Below, piece by piece: positions 1 to 8,738 of a stretch of DNA of 64,000 nt. The stretch covers positions 161,284 through 225,283 of the forward strand of contig JAQTYI010000002.1 of NCBI GenBank assembly GCA_028688325.1, in the 5' to 3' direction. This stretch comes from Candidatus Portnoybacteria bacterium (GTDB lineage: Bacteria > Patescibacteriota > Minisyncoccia > Portnoybacterales > GWB1-42-6). The notes under the pieces are model-generated. The model was not told the origin of the DNA. It was given only the letters and a program-made list of their open reading frames with translations, and ran no database searches. Each line of letters opens with the position of its first letter. The stretch's first letter is position 1. A program made the translations under genes and the position numbers.

Positions 1-446
1 CCATCTATTAATTGTTTCTTTAACCGCTGGCTGACCGCGCGGACCGCGTCGGCCCGCGGCAAAACATATTTAACGATAATTTTTCGCAAATCTCTGTATT
101 TTTCAAAACCGTGAACTTGGATTTCCAAGCCAACCCCGAATTCTTCAGCCAGCATTAAGCCAAGCAAAGATAGATAATACTGGTCTTGCGCCGTTATCGC
201 CTTGATTGCTCCTTTGTTAAGCAATATTTTGGCTGTTTTATAAATATTAAAAAACTGCGTTATTTTGTTGCCGCCGCCAGAGCCGTAAACCTTTACTTTT
301 TCCGATAATTCGATCTTTTCTTTTTTTACACTTGGCACTATGATCGTATATTCTTCAACTAAATTACCATAGTCAATAGCTCTCCGCGCTAAAGCGGAAT
401 TTTTGTCCAGAATCGAAGCGTCCAACCCCAAAGATAATATTTTCAT
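1..446 (-). CDS. Glycosyltransferase family 4, partial (runs off the window)
   Basis: Manual translation from ATG at 446: MKILSLGLDASILDK...ITAQDQYY...QVHGFEK...ADAVRAVSQRLKKQL, a typical GT4 N-terminal domain; abuts the radical SAM gene. Confidence 0.75.
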   Translation of the reverse strand, partial: MKILSLGLDASILDKNSALARRAIDYGNLVEEYTIIVPSVKKEKIELSEKVKVYGSGGGNKITQFFNIYKTAKILLNKGAIKAITAQDQYYLSLLGLMLAEEFGVGLEIQVHGFEKYRDLRKIIVKYVLPRADAVRAVSQRLKKQLID

Positions 447-447
447 A

Positions 448-1899
448 CTATTGACTGACAAATTTCTTGGCTAATTTATATTCTACGGGCCAAGCAAAAA
501 ATTTTAATTTCCAGCGCAGCTGGCAGATAAGAATAAATCCCAGCTTCAACAGCTTTTGCGCCTTGACGGAAGAACCCAGCGCCGATTTTATGCCGTGCGC
601 GCCAAAGCGCACGAAGGCCTCCGTCGATTCCACAAAATCCTTATCTTCTTTTTTCACCCAGGGAAAATTTTCCACGGACAAATAATTAATTTCGTTACGC
701 GACAATTCCGCCCATTCTTCCAGCGATTGCGGTTCTTTCCAGCCGCTGGCCACGCATTCATCATACAATTCCGAACCGGGATAAGGCCGGAACGCCTGCG
801 GGCCAAGTATCTGGATCTTGGGGCTCAATTTTATCAGTTTATCGATCAAATTCAAGGTCTCCATCATTTCCGAGCGCGCCTCGCCGGGCAACCCGATCAT
901 AAATGAGTATTGCGGAATTATGCCGTGACGCAAAGCGGCTTTGGCGGAAATTATCACATCTTCCGGATTTATGTCTTTTTTCATTTTTTTGAGCAGCCGC
1001 GGGCAGCCCGACTCGGCGCCGAAAGACAAAAGATAGCAGCCGCTTTTCTTCAGCTTGGCCATAAAATCATCGTCTATCATTCCCTCGCGAATATAGTTGG
1101 CGCGCACGGTCGTCTCCCAAGGAATTACCAAATCGTTTTTTATCATACCATCTATAATGGCTCTGGCGCGCGCCATATCCACAAAAAAATTTTCGTCCCA
1201 AAAACGCAGGGGCTTGCCGGCAAAATACGGCTTGCTTTTGATTATACGCAAGTCCTCCAGCACTTGCTGGGCGGTTCTTGGCCGCCAGGAATTTTTCAAA
1301 ATTGCGTTGATGCAAAAGGAACAGCGGTGCGGACAGCCCCGCGAGGTGAGTGAAGGGATCAAAGTCAGCCGCTCCAAAATTTCCCGCGGTACCAATTCCC
1401 AATCAAACAGCGGCATTTGGGCGGGGTCGTGAAGCGCGCGGGCCTTATTTGAAAATATCCGGCCCCTCTCTTTATAAACCGCGCCGGCCACTTCGCTGAT
1501 TTTTTTTCCGCTGGCAATTTCCAAGATCGTCTCTTCCCCCTCGCCCACCGCCACAATGTCTATCAGGCCGCTTTTTATGGTCTGTTCCGGAAAAAAAGTC
1601 GGATGCGGCCCACCCCAGATTATTTTGCACTCCGGATTAAGCTCCCTGATTATTTTGGATATCTCCAATGCCTGGCCGACCTGCATAGTCATCACCGAAA
1701 AAGCCGCCGCGCCGCTCTTGGGAACTTCCGTTTTTAAGCGCTCCAAAAAATTCGGCTGTCTGGCTCCGTCCAGTATTTCCATGGGCACGCCCTTGCTTTT
1801 CAAATACGAAGCCATGCTTAACAGTCCGACCGACAATGAAGTGTCGTAAACGGCTTTGGCGATATTGAAGGGCGGATTGATTAATAGAATCTTGTTCAT
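448..1899 (-). CDS. B12-binding domain radical SAM protein
   Basis: N-terminal KILLINPP and GGPHPT/GEGE cobalamin-binding motifs; SRGCPHRCSFC (CxxxCxxC); GAESG and PYPGSELY motifs. Confidence 0.9.
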   Translation of the reverse strand: MNKILLINPPFNIAKAVYDTSLSVGLLSMASYLKSKGVPMEILDGARQPNFLERLKTEVPKSGAAAFSVMTMQVGQALEISKIIRELNPECKIIWGGPHPTFFPEQTIKSGLIDIVAVGEGEETILEIASGKKISEVAGAVYKERGRIFSNKARALHDPAQMPLFDWELVPREILERLTLIPSLTSRGCPHRCSFCINAILKNSWRPRTAQQVLEDLRIIKSKPYFAGKPLRFWDENFFVDMARARAIIDGMIKNDLVIPWETTVRANYIREGMIDDDFMAKLKKSGCYLLSFGAESGCPRLLKKMKKDINPEDVIISAKAALRHGIIPQYSFMIGLPGEARSEMMETLNLIDKLIKLSPKIQILGPQAFRPYPGSELYDECVASGWKEPQSLEEWAELSRNEINYLSVENFPWVKKEDKDFVESTEAFVRFGAHGIKSALGSSVKAQKLLKLGFILICQLRWKLKFFAWPVEYKLAKKFVSQ

Positions 1900-1900
1900 A

Positions 1901-2009
1901 ATTTCTAATTATTCTAATTTTTAATTGACCTAATCAAATTCCAATGTCTAATTTCTAACCTCCGCCATTGGGCATTGATTAGAAATTGGGTTAATTAGGA
2001 ATTAGAAAT
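1901..2009. repeat. Inverted heptamer-repeat module (TTCTAAT / ATTAGAA arms), empty
   Basis: Degenerate 7-bp units in inverted arms; shares TAATTGACCTAAT and TTGATTAGAAATTRGGTTAATTAGG with 19735-19848. Confidence 0.75.
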
Positions 2010-3164
2010 TTAAATACTCTTTATCACCTCCACCGTTTCTGCCACCAACTTTTTCCATTTAAATTTTTCCAGCGTCTTTTTGCCATTTTGGATGAATTTT
2101 TCCCGCAAGGCCTCGTCGTTCAAAAGCGTTTTGACGGCCGTTATCCAAGCTTTTTGGTCGTTATATGGCACGAGCAACCCGTTTTCCCCGCTTTGAACGA
2201 CTTCCGCGTTGCCGCCGATGGATGTAGCGATAACCGGCAAACCGACGGCCATGGCGTTGAGCACAGAATGGGGCAAGCCCTCATAGTTGGTATTTAAAAC
2301 GAATATCGTGGAGCGGCTGAAAATCTTATGGCTCTCCGGCTCGCTCACCCGGCCGCGAAATTTAACATTTTGCTCGATGCTCAATTTCCGCGCCTGCTCT
2401 TTCAAGGATTCCATTTCGGGCCCGTCGCCCAGCACCTCAAAAATGATATCGGGAATCTCTTTTTTCAGCTCAGCGACGACATCAAGCATCACCCCTACGC
2501 CTTTCCAAGGCATGAGGCGCCCCGCAAAGACCAAAGTTGGCGCCATCGGCCTGGTCTTTTGCGGCAGCTCGCCGAAAAAATCCACCGCGTTATAGATAAC
2601 GCGGATATTTTTTTCCGCCGCGCCGATCGCTTTGGCGATACCGGCGATGAAATTGCTTACCGCAATGACCCTGTCGGCGCCGGCCAGTATCTTCGCCCGC
2701 CGTTTTTTCATTTTCTCTATCCGGCGGCCGTATTTTTTATTCTGGAAATCGACAATATAATCTTTGATCCAACCGCACGCCGAGGCCGTCTCCCAAGCGC
2801 TGTCGCCGGCAAAGCGGATGATGTATTTTTTGCCGGTAAGTTTTTTTATCAGATAAGCGAAATAACCCACACTGTAAGTATCGGTGGCATAAATAATATC
2901 GCACCGGCCGGACAGGCGCCACATCCGCCAAAAATACGAGATCTTGGAGCAAGGCGATTGCCTGCTTATCCGCCAAACCATGCCTTCACGCTTTTCCTGT
3001 TCGCTCAAAGCCGTGTCCGAATAAGTGATGACTTTAATGTCCATACCGGCCTTTTTCAGGGCTCCGGGCAATTCCGTCAGCAAAGTGGCCGGGCCACCCA
3101 GGTCCGGAGGATAAATGCCAGTGGCGATCAAAATTTTTACCTGTCCGTTATGTTTGCCGGTCAT
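2010..3164 (-). CDS. Glycosyltransferase family 4
   Basis: GIYPPDLGGPAT, FAGRLMPWKG, EGLPHSVLNAMAVGLPVI motifs; start set at the ATG at 3164 rather than the track start 3191. Confidence 0.9.
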   Translation of the reverse strand: MTGKHNGQVKILIATGIYPPDLGGPATLLTELPGALKKAGMDIKVITYSDTALSEQEKREGMVWRISRQSPCSKISYFWRMWRLSGRCDIIYATDTYSVGYFAYLIKKLTGKKYIIRFAGDSAWETASACGWIKDYIVDFQNKKYGRRIEKMKKRRAKILAGADRVIAVSNFIAGIAKAIGAAEKNIRVIYNAVDFFGELPQKTRPMAPTLVFAGRLMPWKGVGVMLDVVAELKKEIPDIIFEVLGDGPEMESLKEQARKLSIEQNVKFRGRVSEPESHKIFSRSTIFVLNTNYEGLPHSVLNAMAVGLPVIATSIGGNAEVVQSGENGLLVPYNDQKAWITAVKTLLNDEALREKFIQNGKKTLEKFKWKKLVAETVEVIKSI

Positions 3165-3582
3165 AAACCATTTCTTTCGGCTTGAAAACAAAAGCCCCGT
3201 AGGCGATGAAATTCCATATCGCTATCAGCGCGGCCGCGAAAACTTGCGCCAACAGATACCAAATGCCGAAAATATCCACCAAAAGGTACATCAGGCCCGT
3301 ATTGGCCGTTAAGCTTATCAAAGCGACCAAGAGATAAACGGCCATCTGTTTTTTCATCATTCCCCGGCTCTTGTCCTGAAAGGTCCATAATTTCTGCAGA
3401 AAAAAACTGACGAAAAAGGCCACGACAAAAGACGCGGCGGCCGAAAACAGATACCAGACCCCCAACCAGTCGGTAAAAACAAAAAGCAGCGCCAAGTTAA
3501 CGCCGGTGGCGGTGCCGCCGGCGATCAGATATCTTAATATTTTTTTTCTTTTGGCCAGTTGTTCCTTCAAAAAATCCATCAT
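3148..3582 (-). CDS. GtrA family membrane protein
   Basis: Four hydrophobic helices; RYLIAGGTATGVNL, SFFLQKLWTF and WNF..Y..FVF motifs. Confidence 0.9.
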   Translation of the reverse strand: MMDFLKEQLAKRKKILRYLIAGGTATGVNLALLFVFTDWLGVWYLFSAAASFVVAFFVSFFLQKLWTFQDKSRGMMKKQMAVYLLVALISLTANTGLMYLLVDIFGIWYLLAQVFAAALIAIWNFIAYGAFVFKPKEMVYDRQT

Positions 3583-4739
3583 AAAGTTAACTGTGTGAAT
3601 GTTTCTTTCATCTGCGCGGCGATTTTATTCCAGCTGTATTGTTCCTGAACCAGCACTCTGCCGTTGATGATGAGCTTGGAATGCAAGGCGTGGTCGGCCA
3701 GCAATAGATTTATTTTTTCCGCTATGCTTTGGGAGTCCGAAACCTCGCAAAAAAGACCGGTTGGCGCTTGCCCCGAGTTTACCGAGGGATCGCGTAAAAA
3801 ATCCGGTATGCCGCCGACTTTTGTGCCGATTATCGGCACGCCCGCGGCCATGGCTTCCAAAAAAACATTGCCCAGCCCCTCGGCCAGCGACGGCCGGACA
3901 AATACATCGGCAATCGCCAAAAATTGCGGCACTTTATCGTGGGGCACATCGCCTAAAAATAATACCCTGTCGTTTAATCCCGAATTTTTAACCCGCGCCT
4001 TTAATTCCCGTTCCAGCGAACCGCTTCCCAAAATCAACAATTTAACCTCGGCCGGCAAATGCGACATCGCTTTGATCAGGTCGGCAATGCCATTTTTTTC
4101 CACCAGGCGCGAAACCGTGACAATAACTTTTTCTTGAATGGTTATACCCAGGCGCGATCTTAATTCCTGCTTGTTGCCGCCCGGCGTCTGAAATTTATTT
4201 ATATCCACGCCGTTCGGTACGATGGCTATTTGGCTTTTGGCGCCGTGCGCCAGCGCGAATTCCTTGAGATACCGGCTGATAGCCGTGATGAGATCGGCGC
4301 TAACGAACATTTTTTTATAATACGGCCCGAGCCATAAAGCGCGGGAAGCGATATGTTCGGGAGTGTCTCCTTCCTGCAAGGTTAAAACATACGGCACGCT
4401 CTTTAACTTATTTTTAAAAAATAGCGCGGCCAAACCGCCAAAAGACGCCATGATGGCCCAAGCGATATCGTACGGCTCCTGCCGGTGCAATTTTTCGGCC
4501 AGCGCCGCTCCGCGCCAAGGCAATAAAAATTTATCCAGTTTTCCCCAACCCCAACCCGCGCGATAGACATTAATTTTGCCCACTTTCTCCTGCTTGGGCA
4601 AATTCCTTTTTATCCGCGCGCAGATGAGGTCAAAAACAAAATCGCCGCCGAGCCGATCGGTAATTTCTTTAACCGCTATCTCAGCGCCCCCTATTAAAGG
4701 CAGATAAGCAGTGGAAAATATTAAAATTCTCTTTATCAT
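3579..4739 (-). CDS. Glycosyltransferase family 4
   Basis: GGAE, VPNGVD, VSRLVEKNG, EGLGNVFLEAMAAGVP; carries a short in-frame repeat peptide (DPSVNSGQ). Confidence 0.92.
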   Translation of the reverse strand: MIKRILIFSTAYLPLIGGAEIAVKEITDRLGGDFVFDLICARIKRNLPKQEKVGKINVYRAGWGWGKLDKFLLPWRGAALAEKLHRQEPYDIAWAIMASFGGLAALFFKNKLKSVPYVLTLQEGDTPEHIASRALWLGPYYKKMFVSADLITAISRYLKEFALAHGAKSQIAIVPNGVDINKFQTPGGNKQELRSRLGITIQEKVIVTVSRLVEKNGIADLIKAMSHLPAEVKLLILGSGSLERELKARVKNSGLNDRVLFLGDVPHDKVPQFLAIADVFVRPSLAEGLGNVFLEAMAAGVPIIGTKVGGIPDFLRDPSVNSGQAPTGLFCEVSDSQSIAEKINLLLADHALHSKLIINGRVLVQEQYSWNKIAAQMKETFTQLTL

Positions 4740-4913
4740 AAAGATAATTATAATTTTGATTCTCGCCCGCCGATTAGCAAAAGACCGGCAACAGAAAACC
4801 CAGCACTCTCTCGTTGCCTTTTATTTATCTGATTATCGCACAAATAGGACAAAATATCAAATAAAAAACAGGCCTGTAAAGAGCCCATTTTTTGCCATTT
4901 TTTAATAAAATTT

Positions 4914-6728
4914 TTACTCCAAACCTATCTCTTTTTTGTATTCCGCGAGCCACTCCAGCAAATTTATCGTCGGCTCCCAGCCCAAAAGCTCTTTGGCCAA
5001 GGAATTATCCGCTAATGTTTCTTTGGGCTCGATCCTGGGTGAAATATTTATTCTTGGTCCGCCGATGATTCCGGCTATTTGATTGACGCTATGATTGCTT
5101 CCCCGGCCGATATTTATCACTTCGCCCTTGCCGACATTGGAGCTGTTGGCCGCCAAGATATTGGCGCGCACCACATCGGCAACGCCGGTAAAATCGCGCT
5201 TCTGCTCGCCGTCGCCCACTATGGTCATCGGCTTTCCCGCCAAGCGCTGCCTGACAAATATTCCCAATACCAAAGTATAAGCCCCTTCCAAGGGCTGGCG
5301 CCGGCCGTAAACATTGAAATAACGCAAGGCGACCGTCGGCAGGCCGTAGAGCTCGGAAAATAGCCGGCAATATTGTTCGCCCATATGCTTTTGCATGGCG
5401 TAAGGGCTCATGGGATTGGTCGGCATATCTTCGCGCAAAGGCATTTTTTCCTGGTCGCCGTAAGCGGAAGAAGAAGCGGAGTAGATGACTTTTTTCACTT
5501 TTGCGTCACGGCTGGCGACCAAAACATTCAAAGTGCCGTTTAAATTGACATCATTGGAGCCGACCGGATCCTGGATCGACGGCTGCACGCGGGGCCTCGC
5601 CGCCAAATGAAAAACATAATCCACGCCTTCAAACAGCGGCTTGATGGCATTTAGATTCCTGATGTCCTCTTGATAAAGCTTGGCTCCGGGATTCAGATAT
5701 TCGCGCTTGCCGGCTGAAAGATCATCTATCACAATAACCTCATTGCCCCGACTGACCAGTTCGTCAACCAGATGAGAGCCGATAAAACCCGCGCCGCCCG
5801 TCACCAGGCATTTGGCCGATCTCTTTTTTTGAGACGGAACGGGAAACAGCGAGCGATTCAAAGCGTCGTTAAATACCTCCTCTCCATAAACTCCGGACAG
5901 CAAGTCCAGGTCTTTTTTGCTCGAAATCAGCAAATCAATATTCTTATTTTTAACGCTTTCCAAAACATCTTTTCCCAGAGAGTCGCCGACCATCTCTTCG
6001 TAGAATTTATGAAAAGCCGCAAAATCCTTGATAAAACAGTGGCCGCCCGCCCCCCGGCCGCTTTTGTGGATCGGGTCCAGATGCGTCCGGCCGATGCGCC
6101 AATCAGCCGCCATCGCGTCCCTGACCACTTCCCAGCGAGCGCCGGATTTGGCGACAAGATCAAAAAACATATTTATAAAAACCACTTTAAAATAGAACCA
6201 GTTATTGCCGCCATATTTTATTAGCTCCGCTTCGCGTGAAGAACACACCAAAGAATACGGGGCATAAGGCAAAACTTTCATCGCTTCTTGAGCTGCCCGG
6301 CGAAAATCGGAATTATCTATCGGCAGACCGATAATGTTGCGTTGGGGATTGGCGGAGTCATGGGCAGCTGTGGCTTCAGTTAAAAATTCGGGCGAATGCA
6401 GAACAAAAATACCGGGATTTTCCTCCTGGATCTTTTCGGTAGCACCGGGCAGAACGGTCGACTTGATGACCGCGATCTTTCCCCGCCCGATCTTCTTTAT
6501 CACTTGCCGCAAAATAGCATCGTCAAAACCCCGAGGAGTGGTGGGCGTGGGCACGGCGATAAAAACAATATCGCACTCGCTTATGCCGTGACCATTCCGG
6601 ACATAAGGCTCTTCCAGAGCGTAACGGACAATATCAAAACCGCGCCGTTCGAAATCGTCGGCGTAGCTTTTACCTATCCATCCCTGGCCGATAAACCCTA
6701 TTTTTTTGTTCAAATTTTGCCCGTTCAT
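4914..6728 (-). CDS. Fusion of UDP-glucose 6-dehydrogenase-like domain and NAD-dependent epimerase/dehydratase
   Basis: N half: GFIGQGWIG, IAVPTP, KSTVLPG, SPEFLTE, GGHCFIKD. C half: [33 protein letters not shown]. Confidence 0.88.
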   Translation of the reverse strand: MNGQNLNKKIGFIGQGWIGKSYADDFERRGFDIVRYALEEPYVRNGHGISECDIVFIAVPTPTTPRGFDDAILRQVIKKIGRGKIAVIKSTVLPGATEKIQEENPGIFVLHSPEFLTEATAAHDSANPQRNIIGLPIDNSDFRRAAQEAMKVLPYAPYSLVCSSREAELIKYGGNNWFYFKVVFINMFFDLVAKSGARWEVVRDAMAADWRIGRTHLDPIHKSGRGAGGHCFIKDFAAFHKFYEEMVGDSLGKDVLESVKNKNIDLLISSKKDLDLLSGVYGEEVFNDALNRSLFPVPSQKKRSAKCLVTGGAGFIGSHLVDELVSRGNEVIVIDDLSAGKREYLNPGAKLYQEDIRNLNAIKPLFEGVDYVFHLAARPRVQPSIQDPVGSNDVNLNGTLNVLVASRDAKVKKVIYSASSSAYGDQEKMPLREDMPTNPMSPYAMQKHMGEQYCRLFSELYGLPTVALRYFNVYGRRQPLEGAYTLVLGIFVRQRLAGKPMTIVGDGEQKRDFTGVADVVRANILAANSSNVGKGEVINIGRGSNHSVNQIAGIIGGPRINISPRIEPKETLADNSLAKELLGWEPTINLLEWLAEYKKEIGLE

Positions 6729-6894
6729 CGCCGTAGAAATTATTATGCCGCAAAAAAGTTATTACTGATTTATTATCCTATATATAAATTGTCGAAAAGT
6801 CAATTAGGAAGACAAAAAAACCGCTGTTCTGCGCGGCTTACTATTTATCTTGCAAGAACTGGCTTTTTGACGCTTTTTACCCTAAAATATCGAT

Positions 6895-7050
6895 ATGCGT
6901 AAAATCCTCTATATCATCACTCAATCGGAGCCGGGACGGCGCGTCGCCCCGCTAAAGCGGGACTCCCTAAAACCCCTCGGTTTTAGTATTTCCGCCAAGG
7001 GGGCGCTTCGCTCCCCCGCCACCCCCTCTGCGCGTCGCCAAAACAACTGA
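6895..7050 (+). pseudogene. Duplicated and disrupted 5' end of the downstream GT4 gene (51-codon ORF)
   Basis: MRKILYIITQSE.. versus MKKIIYIITQSE..; TATATCATCACTCAATCGGAGC occurs at 6910 and 7081; diverges into hairpin-rich sequence. Confidence 0.6.
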
Positions 7051-7065
7051 TATCGCTTCACTCAT

Positions 7066-8229
7066 ATGAAAAAAATCATCTATATCATCACTCAATCGGA
7101 GCTCGGCGGCGCGCAGGAAAATGTGCTTGATTTGGCCGCGGGACTGAGGGAAAAATACGATGTTTTGGTGGCGGCCGGGCCGGACGGCGGCGGCAAGCTT
7201 TTTAAGCAACTGGCCGACAATAAGATCAGCTTCCAGGAACTCAAGTGGCTCCGCCGCAGCGCGGCCAATCCATTTGCCGACATCGCGGGGCTGGTTGAAA
7301 TTTTCTCACTCTTGCTCAAGGAGCGCCCCGATGTTATCCATCTGCACAGCTCCAAAGCGGGCTTTTTGGGCTCGCTGGCCGGCAAGCTCGCCGGCGTCAA
7401 AGTTGTTTATACTGTCCATGGCGCGGTTTTTGAAGCGTCCTTTTCCGGGCTCGCCAGAAAATTTTTCCTGTATCTGGAAAAATTCAGCGCCCCGTTTAAA
7501 GATAAAATCATCTGCGTTTCTGCCAACGATAAAAAGCTTTGGCTAAAATACAATGCCGCTCCGGAAACCAAGTTGGCGATAGTTTACAACGGCATCGACC
7601 TTAAAACGGCTTTTTTACCCAAAGCAGAGGCGAAAGAATATCTGGCCAGCCAAAGCGCCAACTTTTTTGAAGCACTGCGCGGCTCAAACGAAAAATTAAG
7701 AATCGTCGGCACGGTTGCCAATTTCTTTCCGGAGAAGGGGTTGCCTTATCTTATCGAAGCAGCCGATGTCCTTATCAATAAAAAACAAATAAAAAATATT
7801 ATTTTTGCGATAATGGGCGAAGGGCCCCAGCGACTTCTGCTTAAAGAGATGCTGGAAGAGCGCGGATTAGCTGATAAGTTCATACTGCTTGGAACGGTTG
7901 CCAATCCTTTTAAATATTTAAAGGCCTTCGATGTTTTCACGCAACCGTCAACAAAAGAAGGATTGCCCTACGCCATTTTATGGGCCATGGCCGCGGAATT
8001 GCCGATTGTCGCCTCGCATGTCGGCGGCATTCCCGAAATGGTGAAAAACGGCGATAACGGCTTCTTGATTTTCCCGCGCGATACCGATACATTGGCCGAA
8101 AAGATCCTTGAGTTGCTGAGCAATCACGCGCTAAGCCAAAAATTCACCTTCAACTCCCGGCAAAAGATCAGGGAATTTTCCCTGGATAAAATGATAGCGG
8201 CCACGGAAAAGATATATCTGGAAAAATAA
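7066..8229 (+). CDS. Glycosyltransferase family 4
   Basis: GGAQ, HLHSSKAG, YTVHG, VYNGID, EGLPYAILWAMAAELPIVAS.VGGIPE. Confidence 0.92.
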   Translation: MKKIIYIITQSELGGAQENVLDLAAGLREKYDVLVAAGPDGGGKLFKQLADNKISFQELKWLRRSAANPFADIAGLVEIFSLLLKERPDVIHLHSSKAGFLGSLAGKLAGVKVVYTVHGAVFEASFSGLARKFFLYLEKFSAPFKDKIICVSANDKKLWLKYNAAPETKLAIVYNGIDLKTAFLPKAEAKEYLASQSANFFEALRGSNEKLRIVGTVANFFPEKGLPYLIEAADVLINKKQIKNIIFAIMGEGPQRLLLKEMLEERGLADKFILLGTVANPFKYLKAFDVFTQPSTKEGLPYAILWAMAAELPIVASHVGGIPEMVKNGDNGFLIFPRDTDTLAEKILELLSNHALSQKFTFNSRQKIREFSLDKMIAATEKIYLEK

Positions 8230-8232
8230 CTG

Positions 8233-8271
8233 AAACAAAAAACCACCTTACTCGAAGGTGTTTTTTTGTTT
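8233..8271. terminator. Likely bidirectional intrinsic terminator
   Basis: A-tract, CACCTT-ACTCG-AAGGTG, T-tract between convergent genes. Confidence 0.65.
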
Positions 8272-8344
8272 AATTCCCGAACCTCAATTTCAAATTTCCA
8301 ATAAAATCCCAAATCTCAATTATCAATTATCAATTATCAAAAAA
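8272..8344. repeat. Heptamer repeat arm downstream of four-helix-bundle gene
   Basis: AATTTCAAATTTCCAATAAAATCCCAAATCTC(AATTATC)x3; the counterpart arm lies at about 8690-8738. Confidence 0.75.
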
Positions 8345-8716
8345 TTATTTCGACTTATTGATAATCGAGGAAAAGATAAAAACAAGCTCTTGGCGTTCTT
8401 TCCATAGGGTCCGGCAATCTTGCTGATTTAATGGACAAGCTTTAGCTATCATTCTTAACCAATGCATTGTTTCTTTGGCCTCTTTCCGAGAAATCGCAAG
8501 CTTATGTTTGAAATCTTTTTTAGATTCGCCGGCATCCGCTTCCGTATAGTTTGCGCCGATACTCGTCCCCGATCTGACTATTTGGCCGATCAAAGGCCTC
8601 GTTACTTCGTCTTTTTTTATTAATCGGGCAAATTCAATAATATTTTCACCCAATAAAGCGGTTCTTTCCAAAAGGTCATATTTTTTGTTATTGGAAATTG
8701 GGATTTTATTTGACAT
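8345..8716 (-). CDS. Four helix bundle protein (23S rRNA IVP-like family)
   Basis: QIVRSGTSIGANY.EA....SKKDF.HKL.ISRKEAKET..WL signature. Confidence 0.92.
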   Translation of the reverse strand: MSNKIPISNNKKYDLLERTALLGENIIEFARLIKKDEVTRPLIGQIVRSGTSIGANYTEADAGESKKDFKHKLAISRKEAKETMHWLRMIAKACPLNQQDCRTLWKERQELVFIFSSIINKSK

Positions 8717-8738
8717 TAAGATTTAGTCATTGGTCATT

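Noticed and set aside
2328-3185. Long plus-strand ORFs antisense to real genes (also 39425-40204, 25611-26261, 54247-54957, 49101-49793)
   Set aside because: Antisense shadows of well-supported minus-strand genes with no recognisable motifs.
8345-8716. DGR accessory protein Avd, or an rRNA intervening sequence
   Set aside because: Motif fits the generic four-helix-bundle/IVP family; no rRNA, RT or TR adjacent, and it is 43 kb from the VR-like gene.
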